DNA of 50,013 nt, the filler included, from Trypethelium eluteriae (lineage: Eukaryota): NCBI GenBank assembly GCA_051942245.1. It is 2 parts of 2 records of this genome, joined end to end, with 100 filler letters (N's around TTAATTAATTAA, not from the genome) between each part and the next. Parts side by side here need not be neighbours in the genome. Positions count along the whole stretch, not along the records: positions 1 to 24,966 come from JAVECL010000386.1; 1 more part is not named here. One strand, 5' to 3'. Each line of letters begins with the position of its first letter. Within the stretch, counting starts at the first letter, position 1. The position numbers were made by a program, and so were the translations under genes. The notes beneath the pieces are model-generated. The model had not been told where the DNA came from. It worked only from the letters and a program-made list of their open reading frames with translations, and did no database searches. Of this stretch, positions 1-13,018 are shown in pieces.

Positions 1-2726
1 GCCCCCCCTCCATCTTCCTTAGGAGATAATTCCTCTAGAGATGATGGACCTGGTTGTATGAATCCTGAGGAGGATAATAAGGGTAATGTTAAGGATCCTT
101 ACTTTAAAGAGGTGCCTGCGGAGTTATCTTATATAGGGGCAGCGCGGGGATGGGTGAAGTTGCCTGTCTATTCTTGTTAAACCCCTAAGACCTTTATACA
201 GGCCTCTTCTTCTTTGTACACTGCCTCCCTCTCCTTCAGTAGGTATGTATAAAAATCTCTTTAATCTCTTTTTGCTCCCTTCTTTCCTTTGTTAACTGCA
301 CAGCCTTTAAATGCCCTATTTTATACCTTAGATTATATGCTTTACCTTTATGTGGTATCTAAAATAAATAACCCTCAGCCTTTGTATAAAGGCTGAGAGT
401 AAAATTAAAGGAGCGCCCTTTTATATTATCTTTCTTTATTATACACATCCTTGGTTTATGAGATCTTGCCTTAAATCCAGCTTTTTAAGCACTTAATTTT
501 TTTAATATTTAATGGGCTAAGCTGCATTTTATCCTAAGTAATTATATAATATGCATTTAAGAAAACTCTCTTAGGTGTATTACTTATTCCTAGGATTAAA
601 AGCATATTTATTGCAAAGTATAATAGAATAGGCCAATACTTTTATTATTAATCTTAATACTATTATTGTAAAGCTAAAGCTTTAATAATATTGTATAACA
701 CTTTATTGCAATACTTATTATATTTATCTTCTTTTTTTTTTTTAATCTTAAGTTTGTTTTAAATATCTGCAAAGATTATATTATACATACTTAGTTGCTT
801 TTATTCCTTAAATAAGGATGGATTTTAAATATTATTATATAAGATAGATTTAGAAACATTATAGCTATTTTTAAACTAAATCTAAAGAGACTTTATACTT
901 TATAAAGCTGACTATCTTTAAGTTAAAGGCCATACTTTTTAAATATATTTTGTATAATTACTTGGATAAAGAATAAGTACTGCTGCATAATATAATAAGC
1001 TATTAAAAAGCTTATAATATTTTGCATATTTATCCCAGCAGTTTTGGATTTGCTTTGCAAATTCTTTGTTATTGGGCTTAACTTTATGCTTTATTTTAAT
1101 AAGTAAAGCTTTATATAAAATAGAGTAAATATTTTACTAAAAATATCTTAATATGTGTTAATAAAATATCCATTACTTAAAGGATTTTGTTTAAACATAC
1201 TTAATTACCTTCTGTTTTAAGTATTGCATAATAAAATAGCTCCAAGAAGTTATGGATTATATAAAGCTAATACTAATTATGTGGATTAAAAATATTAAGC
1301 ATTAAAGACTTAAGATAATACTTTATATACTAATCCACCTTAGCTTTATGCTGTAAAGCCACATCCAAAAGATTCCATTAAGAATTCTATCTTATATAAT
1401 TATCCAATGGGATTATTCTTCCAGCAAGTTGTTTAAACTCTGCTGTATAAAGTAGTAAGCTATGAATATAAATAATAATATTATGCAGCTTTTTAAGAAC
1501 TTTAAGCGTACAAAATTATTCTGCCTTCTCTTTTGCTTGTGTCTTATCTAACTTAGTACTTTTAATCTCTTCTCTTTTATATAAATTAATTATTATTATA
1601 TTAAGAATACCTTTAAAAAGGAAGTCTTATATAATAAAATTAATAATATGTCCTTAATAGCAAATTCTTTGCTTTTTTTTATTCCAATTAATATTTTTTT
1701 TTTGCTTTAAATATCCACTAATTATATAACAAAGAGTATTATTTATACTTAAGTTATCTATAACCAAAACACTAAGCTTTTGTACAATCCCATATTCTTA
1801 AAGTATAAGAAGAAGAGTTAGCTATTAATTCTCTTTTAAATATCTAAATATTATACAAAGGGCAAGAAGGATATTTTAAGGTTTTAAGTTATTATTAATA
1901 TAATAAGCATAAACTGCAAAAAAAAGGTAATTATTTAATAATATCCAGATATTAATAAAGAGGTGGATATTTATAGATGCAGATTAAAGGTCCTGTTATA
2001 CAAGATTTTATTATTAAGTAAATTGCTCTTATATTAAAGAAGTAAGAGCAGTAGGGCTTAAAGGGATTAAAAAAGTTAATACTAGATTTAATACAGAATA
2101 TAGCATGTAAAACTCAGGCTAGGTAAGAAGATAAAAAGGGAGGTTTTGTATAACAACAAGATTTATTAATACAGTTATTAAAACTTCTTTATTTAAAACT
2201 CGCTTTAAGACTAAAGTATTAAACTTATCCATTTTATATAACACTGCTATAGCATCTTTATATAATTGCGCAAGCTATGCGTATGCAGACTCTTTTAATT
2301 ATGGTATACAAAGTTTATTATTAATACCATAGCTTATATAAAGATGACCTTAGAGGTTTGTTATTACAGGTGTTAAATATCCATATTCCTTACAGTAAAT
2401 AAGCCGCCGTCCGTCTTTAGTAATTAGTTTATCTAGAAGTAGTTCGCGTGTATATTAATGGATATCTAAGGTCTTCTTTTTATTTTTTTATAAGATAGAC
2501 TGTTTAGAAGAAAGTGTAATAATTAAAGCTTCAGAATTTGTCTCCATTTCAGTTTTATACAGAAATTAGATGGAAGAGTTTTTTAGTGCGGAAGCTAGTC
2601 TCAGTACAAGGTAGGGATGAGACATAGTTATGGATAATTATGTAATTATTTATAATAATGAATTTACCCTGAATATCATAGAATAGCATAATTAAATGTC
2701 ATAATTAATTATGCTATTTATCTCTG
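1..2726 (-). mobile_element. RIP-degraded hAT (Restless-like) DNA transposon
   Basis: Very AT-rich with no long ORF. Minus-strand translation keeps degenerate hAT motifs: BED-finger-like 'RLIYCKEYGYLTPVITNL*GHL' (~2345-2410), 'C..GHIINF' (~1650), 'KLHNIIIYIHS' (~1460-1495), 'IPLDNYIR*NS*W' (DNxTRWNS, ~1370-1413) and dimerisation-domain 'AINMLLILGISNTPKRVFLNA' (~550-615). Probable terminus reads CAGAG on the minus strand at 2726. The far end is uncertain or outside the window. Confidence 0.85.
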
Positions 2727-4167
2727 ACAATAGTTGCATTTTCCAGCTTACATAGCATTCTGTGATCTGGCCCTTGCTGTGCTTTTGGTAAATATAATAT
2801 GGAGATTACAAATGCTGTTAAAAAAAAGGATCGGCCTTTATGCTCTCTGGAGTACGGGTATCTTGTCAGTTAAGGATTGATCACTTTTCCAATCGGGGTT
2901 GTGCTAATGTTTATAATACTTTTATTTGCGCGGTCTTCAAAGAAGTTGGATTAAAAGACCTTAAAGCTACGGAGGATATAACCTGTGAGTACATTCAGCT
3001 TGGAGAATTGGATTCAATAAAGCTAGAGACTTACCAATTCTCAAATTATGGGTCAGGTAAAAAACTGATAACAGACTCTTTCAAATGTGAGATGAATGTG
3101 GTCATTTTAATGCCTGTGTACCTACATTGGTGCCACTATATTGATTCTGCATGGAAGGCGAGATGCTTCCTATTATCGCAGCAACTCTTCCGGACATAAT
3201 GCAAGAAGATATAAGGAAGGGGCCACAAGACTACATCATATGCACTCTTCAAGATCGCCTGCGGACAACAGCAGCAAGTCGCCTAAGGTACCGAGTGGTG
3301 ATATGGCGTTCATAAATGATGATCAGGTTCCGCTACCAGTGGCTGCTGCAACAGTATGAGATATTTCTGGCATAATGGGCGTCTACTGCTTCTAGACGGA
3401 ATTCGAGAGTTAGTCATTCGACGTCCAAATGTACGAAATCTAAGAGCTCTTTGCTATCTAAGTACTAGCGTCGGCTGTAGAGCGATATTAAGGTCAACTT
3501 GTTTTTTCTGATGTAGTGCATCCAGTTGCTCTGAACTTGAGGACGACTTTGAAGACTCAATGTATGCGACAAGGATATCTAGATTAATGCGAGCAAGAAA
3601 ACACAGTATTGCGGATGGAATTGCTCATGGTGGCAACAAGCTCAAAAATCAGTTTAATCCGGAAAGCTGTGCCCTTTGGTGGGGAGGAGATCATTCCATG
3701 AAGGCGCCTAGCTGTATGGGAGCTGATCTCAAATGGTAAGTCGAGAGAGGTCATAAGCTCGAAAAAGATCATAGGCTTCAGTACAGAAGATTGTTGCTTT
3801 GATGTAAATGGCGAACTGAAAATCCTAGATTGATTGGTGTTGAGTCTGGGTCTCAGATGTAGAAAATATTATTTCATTCTCATTATGTCAAATTAGCGTC
3901 GCAGTATCATGGATATATGAAACCGAGATATGTCTATCGTAGCTACACAGGAAAAAATGCTTATGGATCGATCTCTGGATGTAATCGTACAATGAGTTTA
4001 GAAGATAGCCAAATTTCTCTTCCAGGATGAGCTCGATAGGAGCAAATGATTCTTGATTATTAGAATCATGTAATTGTACTTACTGATCCTTTCCTTATCA
4101 AATATAAGAACCTAATTTTTTCAGTAGAGTTTGATGATGTATGTGATGCATGTAATGTTTCATAGTA

Positions 4168-4348
4168 CCTTACGGCGGCTGGGGGTTTCCTCAACTGGTA
4201 ATTCATACAATGTTACCTTAGTCTGACTGTTATGGCCATGTTGACCCACGTTAAGGCGATGTTAACATGGACCAACAAGGTCATGACAGCAAAGTCAAAA
4301 TAATATTGTATTAATTACCAGTTGAGGAAACCCCCAGCCCCCGTAAGG
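4168..4348. mobile_element. Hairpin MITE with TA target duplication (family A, copy 1)
   Basis: TA-CCTTACGGCGGCTGGGGGTTTCCTCAACTGGTAATT ... AATTACCAGTTGAGGAAACCCCCAGCCCCCGTAAGG-TA. The arms pair over almost the whole length (~87 bp each). A related copy is at 21230-21363. Confidence 0.85.
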
Positions 4349-4883
4349 TACATGAGGTAGGGCAATCCTATTACGTGATTGCGAATAGGGGAATAACTCG
4401 TATGACTGCAGAGGCCCTGTAAGCTACTTCCGGGACGATATTAATTCCTGGACGCTCGTGTTGAAAGATCAACCTGAATCCATCCACACTAGGCCTAGCG
4501 CACCTGTGAAACCACGCATAAGACCCTCAGACCTAGATAGCTTCATAGAGTCAAGACATCAATTTCAACAGCTTGTCCTAGTACATTTTTCAGCCAAGGA
4601 TCACTAAATATCAAAGATTCCTAGAATATCCAGGAATTTCACATGCGATAGCTTGGGTCTCTAGATTCTCGAACGCAGAGAGCTGTGGCAGGAGACTCTG
4701 AATTCCATTCGTCACTGGCTGGGGCTGAGCTATGCATAATAGGCGGTGTATATTCTGCACTTTGAGGAGTGCCAAAGCGTGTCGCAACCACGCGCCCCTG
4801 TTTACTGTTGGCCCAAGGCGAGACTTGGAAAGAGTACGGATAATCTCGACAGAAGTATGCCCCGAGCCGAATTCTAAAGAGTG

Positions 4884-7800
4884 ATGCCTTCGATCTTCAG
4901 TCGCAAGAAAGACAAAGGCTCCGAGAGCCCGGGCGAGAGCCGACATGCTAGCAGGGTCCCAAGGTTGGATGCCGAGCCAGCCAGGCTACCTACTGCGAGC
5001 CAAGCCGTTCCACCTCCCGCCAATGTATCGCCACAGAAGAGAGCCGCTAAAGATCTCTGGAGCGAAGCTTTTGCTGCCCTGTCACCTGAAGATTGTGAGG
5101 CTCTGCGGTCCGCTCGCAAAAATGGGAAGCCGGGCGACGCGATTCCGCAGCGAGACGTCGTAGAAGAGGTGGAAGAGGTCATGCAGCTTACGGAGGTCAG
5201 TTACCAGAATTACTGCCGACGGGGCTGGCACACGAAGAAAGGTGAGACGACGAAAGAGACGAACGTGCGGATTAAAGCGAAGGAGATCATATGCTCGGCG
5301 CTGCAGTTCAAGGATATTGTGGACGCGGGGCTCAAGTTCGACCCCAGCGGCTACGGGATAGTTGTCTGGGGTGTGCTGTCCGGCGTGCTAACCCTGGTGA
5401 AGAATGACAAGGAAAAGATCGACGCGGTCTTTAATTCTGCTGCCGTGATGGCGAGGTTCCTACCCAAGTACGCCATTATTGAGAACCATTACCGGGATAG
5501 AGCGACGCAAAAACAGAATGCTTTCGAAGATCAGATCGAGCAGGTGTACGTTGCCATCCTCAAGTATGCTGCATGTGTGCAGAAGGAGCTCAATCGATCT
5601 GTCGCTGGTGACATTCCGTCAATTTCGCCTTTAACATTCCGGAGAAGCTAATGCGTACAGGTCGGTTGTTGGACAGCTTCTGGACATTGGATAACCAGGA
5701 CGTCCAGCTCCTGAAGGTCAACTTAGAGGGCAAGGATAAGATCGTGACGGAGCAGTCTCAGTTCGTGGCCCATCAATATCGGAAGCAGGAGTTCCAGGAG
5801 CTCGATCGCAAGGCCTCGGAAGCCCTGGGCAAGATCGAAATCTCTGTCGAGAAACTATTGAAAGCCGAAAGACTCAGTACCCTTAAGTGGTTGTCCGACA
5901 CCCCGCTTATGGACAAACAGCAGCAATTGCGAAGTCAGGTCGACAAAGCCAACAAGAACTCTGGAAACTGGCTGCTCGAATCGAGCGGATACACGGACTG
6001 GCTCACGGAACCCCATTCGTTCGTCTGGCTGCACGGCGCTTCGGGCAGTGGGAAATCTTGTCTGTGCTCCACCGTTGTCAAGAGCCTAGTGGAGTCTGCC
6101 GAGAACAATAGCAACATGATAGTCGCATACTGGTACTTCGACAATGCCGATCGGTCGACCCAGATCCTCCAACGCCTGTTGCGTCTCGTGCTCCGCAGGA
6201 TCTCAGCAAAGGCTACACCGTTCCCGGAAGCTGTGGGCGATCTCGCGAACAAACATGAGCTCCCGGATTCCTCGCCGAGTACTGCGACACTCATCAAGGC
6301 TCTAAAAGAAACTGTCGCTACTTTAGAGGAGGACATGTTCCTCGTACTAGACGCCATTGATGAGTACCAGACAGGCAACGAGACTCTCCTCGAGGAATTT
6401 CTTGACTTTTTGGTTGGACTAGGCGATGCACAGATACGGAAGTTGCACCTCCTCGTCACTTCGATCACTGACACCGACACCGGTATCAAGAATGCATTCA
6501 AGCGCCTTCAGAAGCCGCCGGCGGAAATTGACGTTGAGAAACCAATCTCTGTGGATGTGGACGCTTACCTGAAAGCAACAATCAAGAAAGACGCGGAGGA
6601 CAAGCACTGGAGCCCTGAAATCATGCATAAAATCTATAACGCGCTCAAGGATGACGGGTACAAGATGTTGATGACGCCTACCTCTCTTTAGCTAATTGTA
6701 GAACAGGAGATTTCGGATCGTGTCGTTGCAGCTTGAGGATCTACGCAAATGTTACGACGAAGACGAGATCGACGCCGCCCTGACAAGCATTCCATTCGAT
6801 ATTGAGGACGCATATCTACGGAAGCTACAAAGTGTCGCACCAAAGGATGTCCGTAGGCTGTCCCACATCTTCTACTGGATCTCAGTGGCAGTGCGGCAAC
6901 TAACGACATCTGAGCTTGCGGCAGCTCCTGGGATTAATCTGCCCAGTCTAGAAGAGCTGCCTAACATCTGCCCCAACAACATGATCCGAATGGAGGAGCA
7001 GAAGCCGTTCGATGTGGATAGACACAAATCACTGCGGCAGCAAACGCAGAAGTCATCCGGTAGGGGGACGGAAATCGTAACGTTTGACCATCCCTCCGTC
7101 AAGAGATTTTTGTATTCCCGCAAGCTGCAGCAGTCTAGCGACAGTCGAATTTCCCCATTCTTTGTGTCTGAGAAGACCGTCCACACCGAGTTCTCGGGTC
7201 TGATGATTGACCATCTGCTCGCGATCAAGCAACCAAGGCTCGAGCCCTCGATCTTTGTGAAAAATCCATTTTTACCATATTTAGCACAGCACTGGCACCA
7301 GCATTTGAAGGGCTGCGGAGATATCCTTGATGAGAACGATGTGCTGAAGGACAAATTGTTGATACTATTCGAGGAACCGATGAACCCCGCCTACCTGAAT
7401 TGGATACGAGTGTGGAATCCAGAGAGTAGAATGCAAAACTTTGGGCTAACCCAGGATAGCTGCCCCTCACCCTTATACATGGCTGTACTCTTAAAACTCG
7501 AAGCCATCTCGAAGCATCTCATCGATAACCGCTCATACATCAATGGCGCCGGCGGTCTGATGCATACCACTTTGCAGCTGGCTTCACAGCGAGGATATAC
7601 TGGGATAGCACAAAACCTCATAGCGGCTGGAGAAAATGTTGACAAGACTGCGGGTGATCAACCAACGGCACTTCACTCTGCTGTAGAGAACGGCGATGGC
7701 AAGCTCGTGCAGATGCTGCTTAGAGCAGGCGCAAGCCCGGATGTAGAACACGCTCTGTTTGATCCACCACTTCAACTAGCAAGTTCCCGAGGATTTACAA

Positions 7801-8974
7801 ACATTGTCGGGTCACTAGTCGGTTCAGGTGCCGATGTCAATCTTCAGAGCGGCCGCTTCGGAACGGCGTTACAGGCGGCAGCGGCGGCCGGGCATAGTGA
7901 GACTGTGGCCTTCCTACTTGAACAAGGCGCCAAACCAGACGTAGTCGGCGGCTTGCTTGGGACTGCTTTTCAGGCCGCTGCGGCTGGAGGACATTCCGAG
8001 GTCGTGAAGACGCTCACTGCTAAGGGTCACGCATGGGATGAAGGAAGAGACTCTATATGGCATGAAGCCTACGACCTGTGGATATCCTGGCCATCAAAGA
8101 CTAGATACCAAAATGGACTATCTTTCCTTTCCAGGAAACCATCGGTAGGGCCTGACATTCAGTGGATGCTAGCTGACATCCTCAAAACACTCTCTTCACT
8201 ACCAGCTGCGGATAACGGCAGGGCAAGCCATACTAAGAAGAAACACGCAGCTCTGATTTTGGACGCACTACGCACCAAGTGGCTGAAACTGGTGGAGCTT
8301 GCCCTTAGACAAGGTCAGGAAGGGATGGACAGCGCAAACTATGTCTACAGGGCTTTGTTCTGGGCAATGCTGTGCCGTTGTACGGAAGTTGTAAGTCAAT
8401 GGCATTTACGCTTCATGGACGTGCTGACAGTGGGCAGGCCCAGAATCTCGCCAAGATTGACCCTCAATCCGCCATTCAGGAAACGCTATACAGGCTCAGC
8501 ACCATCATTGTCCTGCGGACCTCGGATCAGAATGCGATAGAGCACGGCACTTCCGATGCCATGGTGGCCGTCAGACCTGAATTAGTGAAGTGTTAGGCGC
8601 TAGCCTTCCAGATGATGACGGAATTGGATAGATTACTTTTTTCGAGATCGAACGTCAAGGACGTCCGTATCCGACCAAGTGACATCAGCATGATGCTAGA
8701 AGGTGTTGAACAGCAAGATAAGAGGTTCGAGTCGGTCATGAAGATGGCACGCCTCCAGGAGCCATTCACCGAAGCAGCTCTTCTCGATCGAATGCACCGT
8801 GAGCTGTTGGCGAAGATGCAGCAAGAGATACGCGGATGCTTCCAAACGCTCGAAGAGGGCATGCAGAAGAGGTTGGAGGAGGTGGAGCAGGGCGTGGTGG
8901 CGTCCATCGGAGACAGATTACCTGGTATCATTCTTGAGGAGATGCGGAAGTTGCTTGTTGAGCAAAAGGGCTAG
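4884..8974 (+). CDS. Fungal NLR-like STAND protein: N-terminal NWD/NACHT-N helical domain, NACHT NTPase, ankyrin repeats, C-terminal helical region; in-frame TAG at 8594-8596
   Basis: 'KDLWSEAFAAL' N-terminal motif, Walker A 'HGASGSGKS', Walker B 'FLVLDAIDE', 'RFRIVSLQL' and 'FDHPSVKRFL' post-NACHT motifs, ~6 ankyrin repeats (e.g. 'GTALQAAAAAGHSETVAFLLEQGA'). Introns 5608-5660, 6658-6706 and 8391-8437 join the ORFs in frame. Confidence 0.9.
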
Positions 8975-9767
8975 GCTGGCACGCTGGCTTGGACAACAGT
9001 ACGAGTTTTCCTCCCCACCTGCACGGCCCCACCACCTGCACACCTTTCCGCCTTTTTTAAACTAATAAATATCCCTGCAATTAAGATAGATAATTATTTA
9101 AAAAAATTTAAAAAAAAAGTAAAATTGTATTGATTCTTAATTATTATAATAATCATAGGACAGGAGGACGGCGCTTGAAGTCAGGATACATAGACCTGGC
9201 TTTCCCCAGCTTTTGTTCGACGCTATCATTACGTTGAAAACGATTATTTGCACTTCTTTGGGTTTGAAACAAAATAGTGGATTAAATCTGCTAAAGGATA
9301 TCTGGGCACCTCATTGCAGATTTGCTAGTTCTCATTACTCCCCACGACCTTAGAACTGTGAGAATGCCTTATGGAGTCACAGTCACAACGTTCCGATCAG
9401 AAAATGGCAGTGTTGTCCGTGATTCATTTAGCGCTGGCAGGCTGTTCACGTCTGATGCTGATTGAAACGGAGAATACACGTACCTTTGCGAAGCCCTCTA
9501 TACAGCGTCATAGGTGTTACAGCGGTATTGAGCTAGTCCTAATCTATCCTAGTCTTTCGATCTGGGAGACAAGTAAGCGGGTATTATTAATTATGAATTA
9601 TTAATAGCGACATTCGGTCTCATACAGAATTCTATAAAGCTTTTCAACTCCTTCATCAATTGCCATCCCAAACACATACTGTGTTCCATAAGATCTTCTC
9701 TGCATATCCAATTGCTTTCTTCTCCGTCCATGTTATAATACAGCGCCGTCGCTTTGAAACAAGGCAT

Positions 9768-11051
9768 ATGGCTCAAAGTGGTCGCAAGCCAGTTCTCATA
9801 TCCGGCGCCGGTCTTGCCTCGCTTCTACTTGCGCAATCTCTGAAGCGTGCTGGAATACCCTTCCGGATATTTGAGAGGGATGCCTCCATATCTTTCCGAG
9901 CTCAAGGCTACAGGCTACGGCTCTCAAACGAAGGCTTGGATGCCATCGAATCCGCTCTTGGACCGGAAGCCTTTCAGAGGTTTTGGGAGAGATGCGGGAA
10001 GACTGGAGGGAGTGGCTTTGCTGCCATCGACGCAATCACAGGCGCAGACATCACTGAGAGACCGAAGAACACTGATCAGGGGAAAGCTGTTGATTCGGAG
10101 GCAAGGGGCTCCCTCTTATCTCGCGAAGGCAAAATCGTGGGAATTGCACGAGGCGAGATGCGCAAGTTGTTCATGTCTGGCTGTGAATCATTCATCCACT
10201 GGTCGCACACCATCATGGGCTACGAGTTGACATCCTCCGGCGTACATGCCATTTTCGCCGACGGCTCTAAATCTGTGGAAGGAGAAATGCTCATTGGCGG
10301 CGAGGGTATCTACTCAAGAGTCGCGAAGCAAGTATCGCAGGGTAAGATCAAGACTTACGATACTGGCGCGAGGGGCATTCACGGACAAGCCCCAAGCACC
10401 GCGTTCAAAGGTCTCGGAGAAGGGGTCTGGCGACTGACTGATAGCACGAGGGCTGACAGGAGAGTCTTTGTGATCACAAATGTACGGCCAGGGGATATGG
10501 ATGATCCTGACGTGCAATTCGGATGGACATTGGGAGCTCAGCCGGGCGTGGTGAATCCGCCGAACAACGACTATTCCATGGTGGGAAAACCGGCGGCGGA
10601 CATCGCCAAAACACTGACTGCAAATTGGCACTCCCGTGTCAAGCCCCTTTTCGATAATATGGTAGAGTCTGAAGCGGCGTTCTGGAAGATCACCTGCTCA
10701 ACGCCTTCTGGCGTTCCGGAATGGCCGAACGAGCCGCGTGTCACGGTGATCGGGGATGCGGTGCATTCTATGACACCTGCGGGTGGGATAGGTAAGTCGA
10801 AGTTGAAATTTGTACTTTGTTCCTTCCAACGGTGCCAATTTGCTCATGCATACGAAGGTGCAAATACTGCCGTCCGAGATTCTGCCCTGCTGGGTCGACT
10901 GATTGCTGAAGCCGGAGGATACAAGGATGGTGTGACCGCAGCGTATGAGAAGGAGATGAGGGTTTATGCGAGCGAAGCAGTCAAGGCGAGCTATGGAATG
11001 GCGACGGCTCAATTTAATGTTAAACTCGATGAGAACTCAGCAACCGTTTAA
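9768..11051 (+). CDS. FAD-dependent monooxygenase (group A flavoprotein hydroxylase-like)
   Basis: 'VLISGAGLASL' dinucleotide motif, 'LIGGEGIYSRV' (DG-like motif), 'VTVIGDAVHSMTPAGGIGANTAVRDS' GD motif after removing the 66-bp intron 10792-10857. Confidence 0.92.
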   Translation: MAQSGRKPVLISGAGLASLLLAQSLKRAGIPFRIFERDASISFRAQGYRLRLSNEGLDAIESALGPEAFQRFWERCGKTGGSGFAAIDAITGADITERPKNTDQGKAVDSEARGSLLSREGKIVGIARGEMRKLFMSGCESFIHWSHTIMGYELTSSGVHAIFADGSKSVEGEMLIGGEGIYSRVAKQVSQGKIKTYDTGARGIHGQAPSTAFKGLGEGVWRLTDSTRADRRVFVITNVRPGDMDDPDVQFGWTLGAQPGVVNPPNNDYSMVGKPAADIAKTLTANWHSRVKPLFDNMVESEAAFWKITCSTPSGVPEWPNEPRVTVIGDAVHSMTPAGGIGKSKLKFVLCSFQRCQFAHAYEGANTAVRDSALLGRLIAEAGGYKDGVTAAYEKEMRVYASEAVKASYGMATAQFNVKLDENSATV

Positions 11052-13018
11052 CGTGGGAACGATTCTTTTCTGTGCTTTAGCGCCAGATCACCCTGGACGT
11101 TGAAAATTTATAGCATTAAGCTGCAGTGAGTATGTCATGGCCAAGCTCCTTGCAGATTTTCAGAATAGCTATTTTCGTCCTTCGTTCGTGTTCTCTTCGT
11201 CGTTTTTTCCATTGCAATCGGATTCCCGGCAAGCGATACTATCCTCGATGTCTGAGCAAAAGCTTTCGAGCCCTCAACCCTCCAATCATTCCTTCCTCAT
11301 GAGTACCATCTCCTCCATTTGTCGTATCATTTCCGTCTATACTCTCCAACCCCACTTCGTTCATGATACGCCATAATGCGGAACCATCAGAGCCGCTGAA
11401 GCAACAATACGAGATAGGAATTGCTAAATGCTAATTTATTACAAGCTAGATTTAGGTGCTGCTGCTCATGTCCCGGTTTCGGCGGTTCGGCTGGGCTAAA
11501 CTACTGGCCAACGTACCCCCTCGCGATCGGCCTTTTCGGGTATCAAAGCCTTCCTCGATATCCGGCTCGAATTTTAGGCCAGTATCTATGACTCTGTCAC
11601 TGTGGGACTTGAGCTAATCATTGGTGCAGACATGTCGATAGGAAATGGCATTCACTCAACTTCAGGAGCATAACAATAATATCTGTCTCAAATGTGGATT
11701 ACAAAGGCTGGACGAAAATTGAGTCTGAGTTCATCAGCATCATACTTGCTGGTAAGGACAACATCGATGCTCCGATACAGTTTATACGATATGAATATTC
11801 TCGCAGATTTCGGGGTACTAGTAAACCTACAATTTCACTGTTCCATGTTTTTTTTATGCGCTTTTCGCTGCCTTCTTACCTGTGGATATCTGTACATGCT
11901 TCGCTACATCCCATCTCAGGGGCTCAGGGGGCTTTAAGGGTGTGAACAGCGTGACTATTTAGTAGGTATTAGCTCTTCCCACTTACAACACCCTCTTAGC
12001 TACTTCATCCTGCTTGCCTATGTCCTTATCTATCTTTCTACTCGCCTATCCGCCTGCTTGTCTGCCTTTGTGTCATTATCCTAATTGGTGTTTTCACTCG
12101 AGAGCTTGCCCACAAGGTTGGACCTAACGTAGAGATGAGAGATCTATAAGTAAATCCAGAGGTCATCATGACTGACCAAAAAAGCGGCGCACATAGTTTA
12201 ACTCATGTCTCATTATACGTGTTCTCGACTGCTTGATTGATCTCCTGCAGGGCCACCTGCCACTTGATGTTCAGTAGACAGGGCAGGCGTCTAAGGAGAT
12301 AGCTTATTAGAGGACGGTCGCTCAACTCCCATAATGCGATGTGCTGGGAAATCTGGCGCCTATTTCGGCTTAGTTAATCTGGTTCCATTTGTGAGGAGAT
12401 GCGGAGGCTGCTTGTTGAGCAAAAGGGTTCGGCTGGCTTGGACGACCATGGCCGATTCCCCCAACAATGGGGTTCTGAACTACTAACAATCGCTTCCTGG
12501 AAGTGGGCGCAACTGAGACGAGCCGACCAGTTCTAAAGGGAGAGACCAAACAGTGCACTATCTCAAATTTATGTTAGGGCTCTCAATCGGAGAGTGCTCG
12601 CTGAAGTCTTCAGGGCACCCCCCCAATACAGTAATTTTAACTAAGTGAGACAGAGTTCCTGAATTGCCGGTTTAGTCTCTAGTCGAAGATTGCATAAGAG
12701 CAGAAGTTGATCTACCCTCGTCATTGAAAGTCTCCCTCCGCCGAGTTACGCGTTGCCCATCCGCGGCTCTCTACATCGAACGCGATTAAAGAGCACCTCA
12801 CAGCGTCTCCAGCCAGGATCGGATCTGAATAACAGGCGAAGACCAATCTTGAAGTCGATATGAAGGGGTTTTTCTCGCGACTAGCCATTCTCACAGCAAT
12901 AATTACATATGAAAATACTGGATGGACATAAAGTATTCCCAAAACCAGGCGAGAACACAAAATGCATCTGTAAAGAAGCATTTTGCAACTCGTCTCTTGG
13001 TATAGTATGCACCCAACT

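Noticed and set aside
9053..9158. Short AT-rich patch after the NLR
   Set aside because: Possibly a small RIP-degraded fragment, but too short to classify.
11692..11945. Short ORF 'MDYKGWTKIESEFISIIL...'
   Set aside because: Possibly a gene relic, but no supportable motif.
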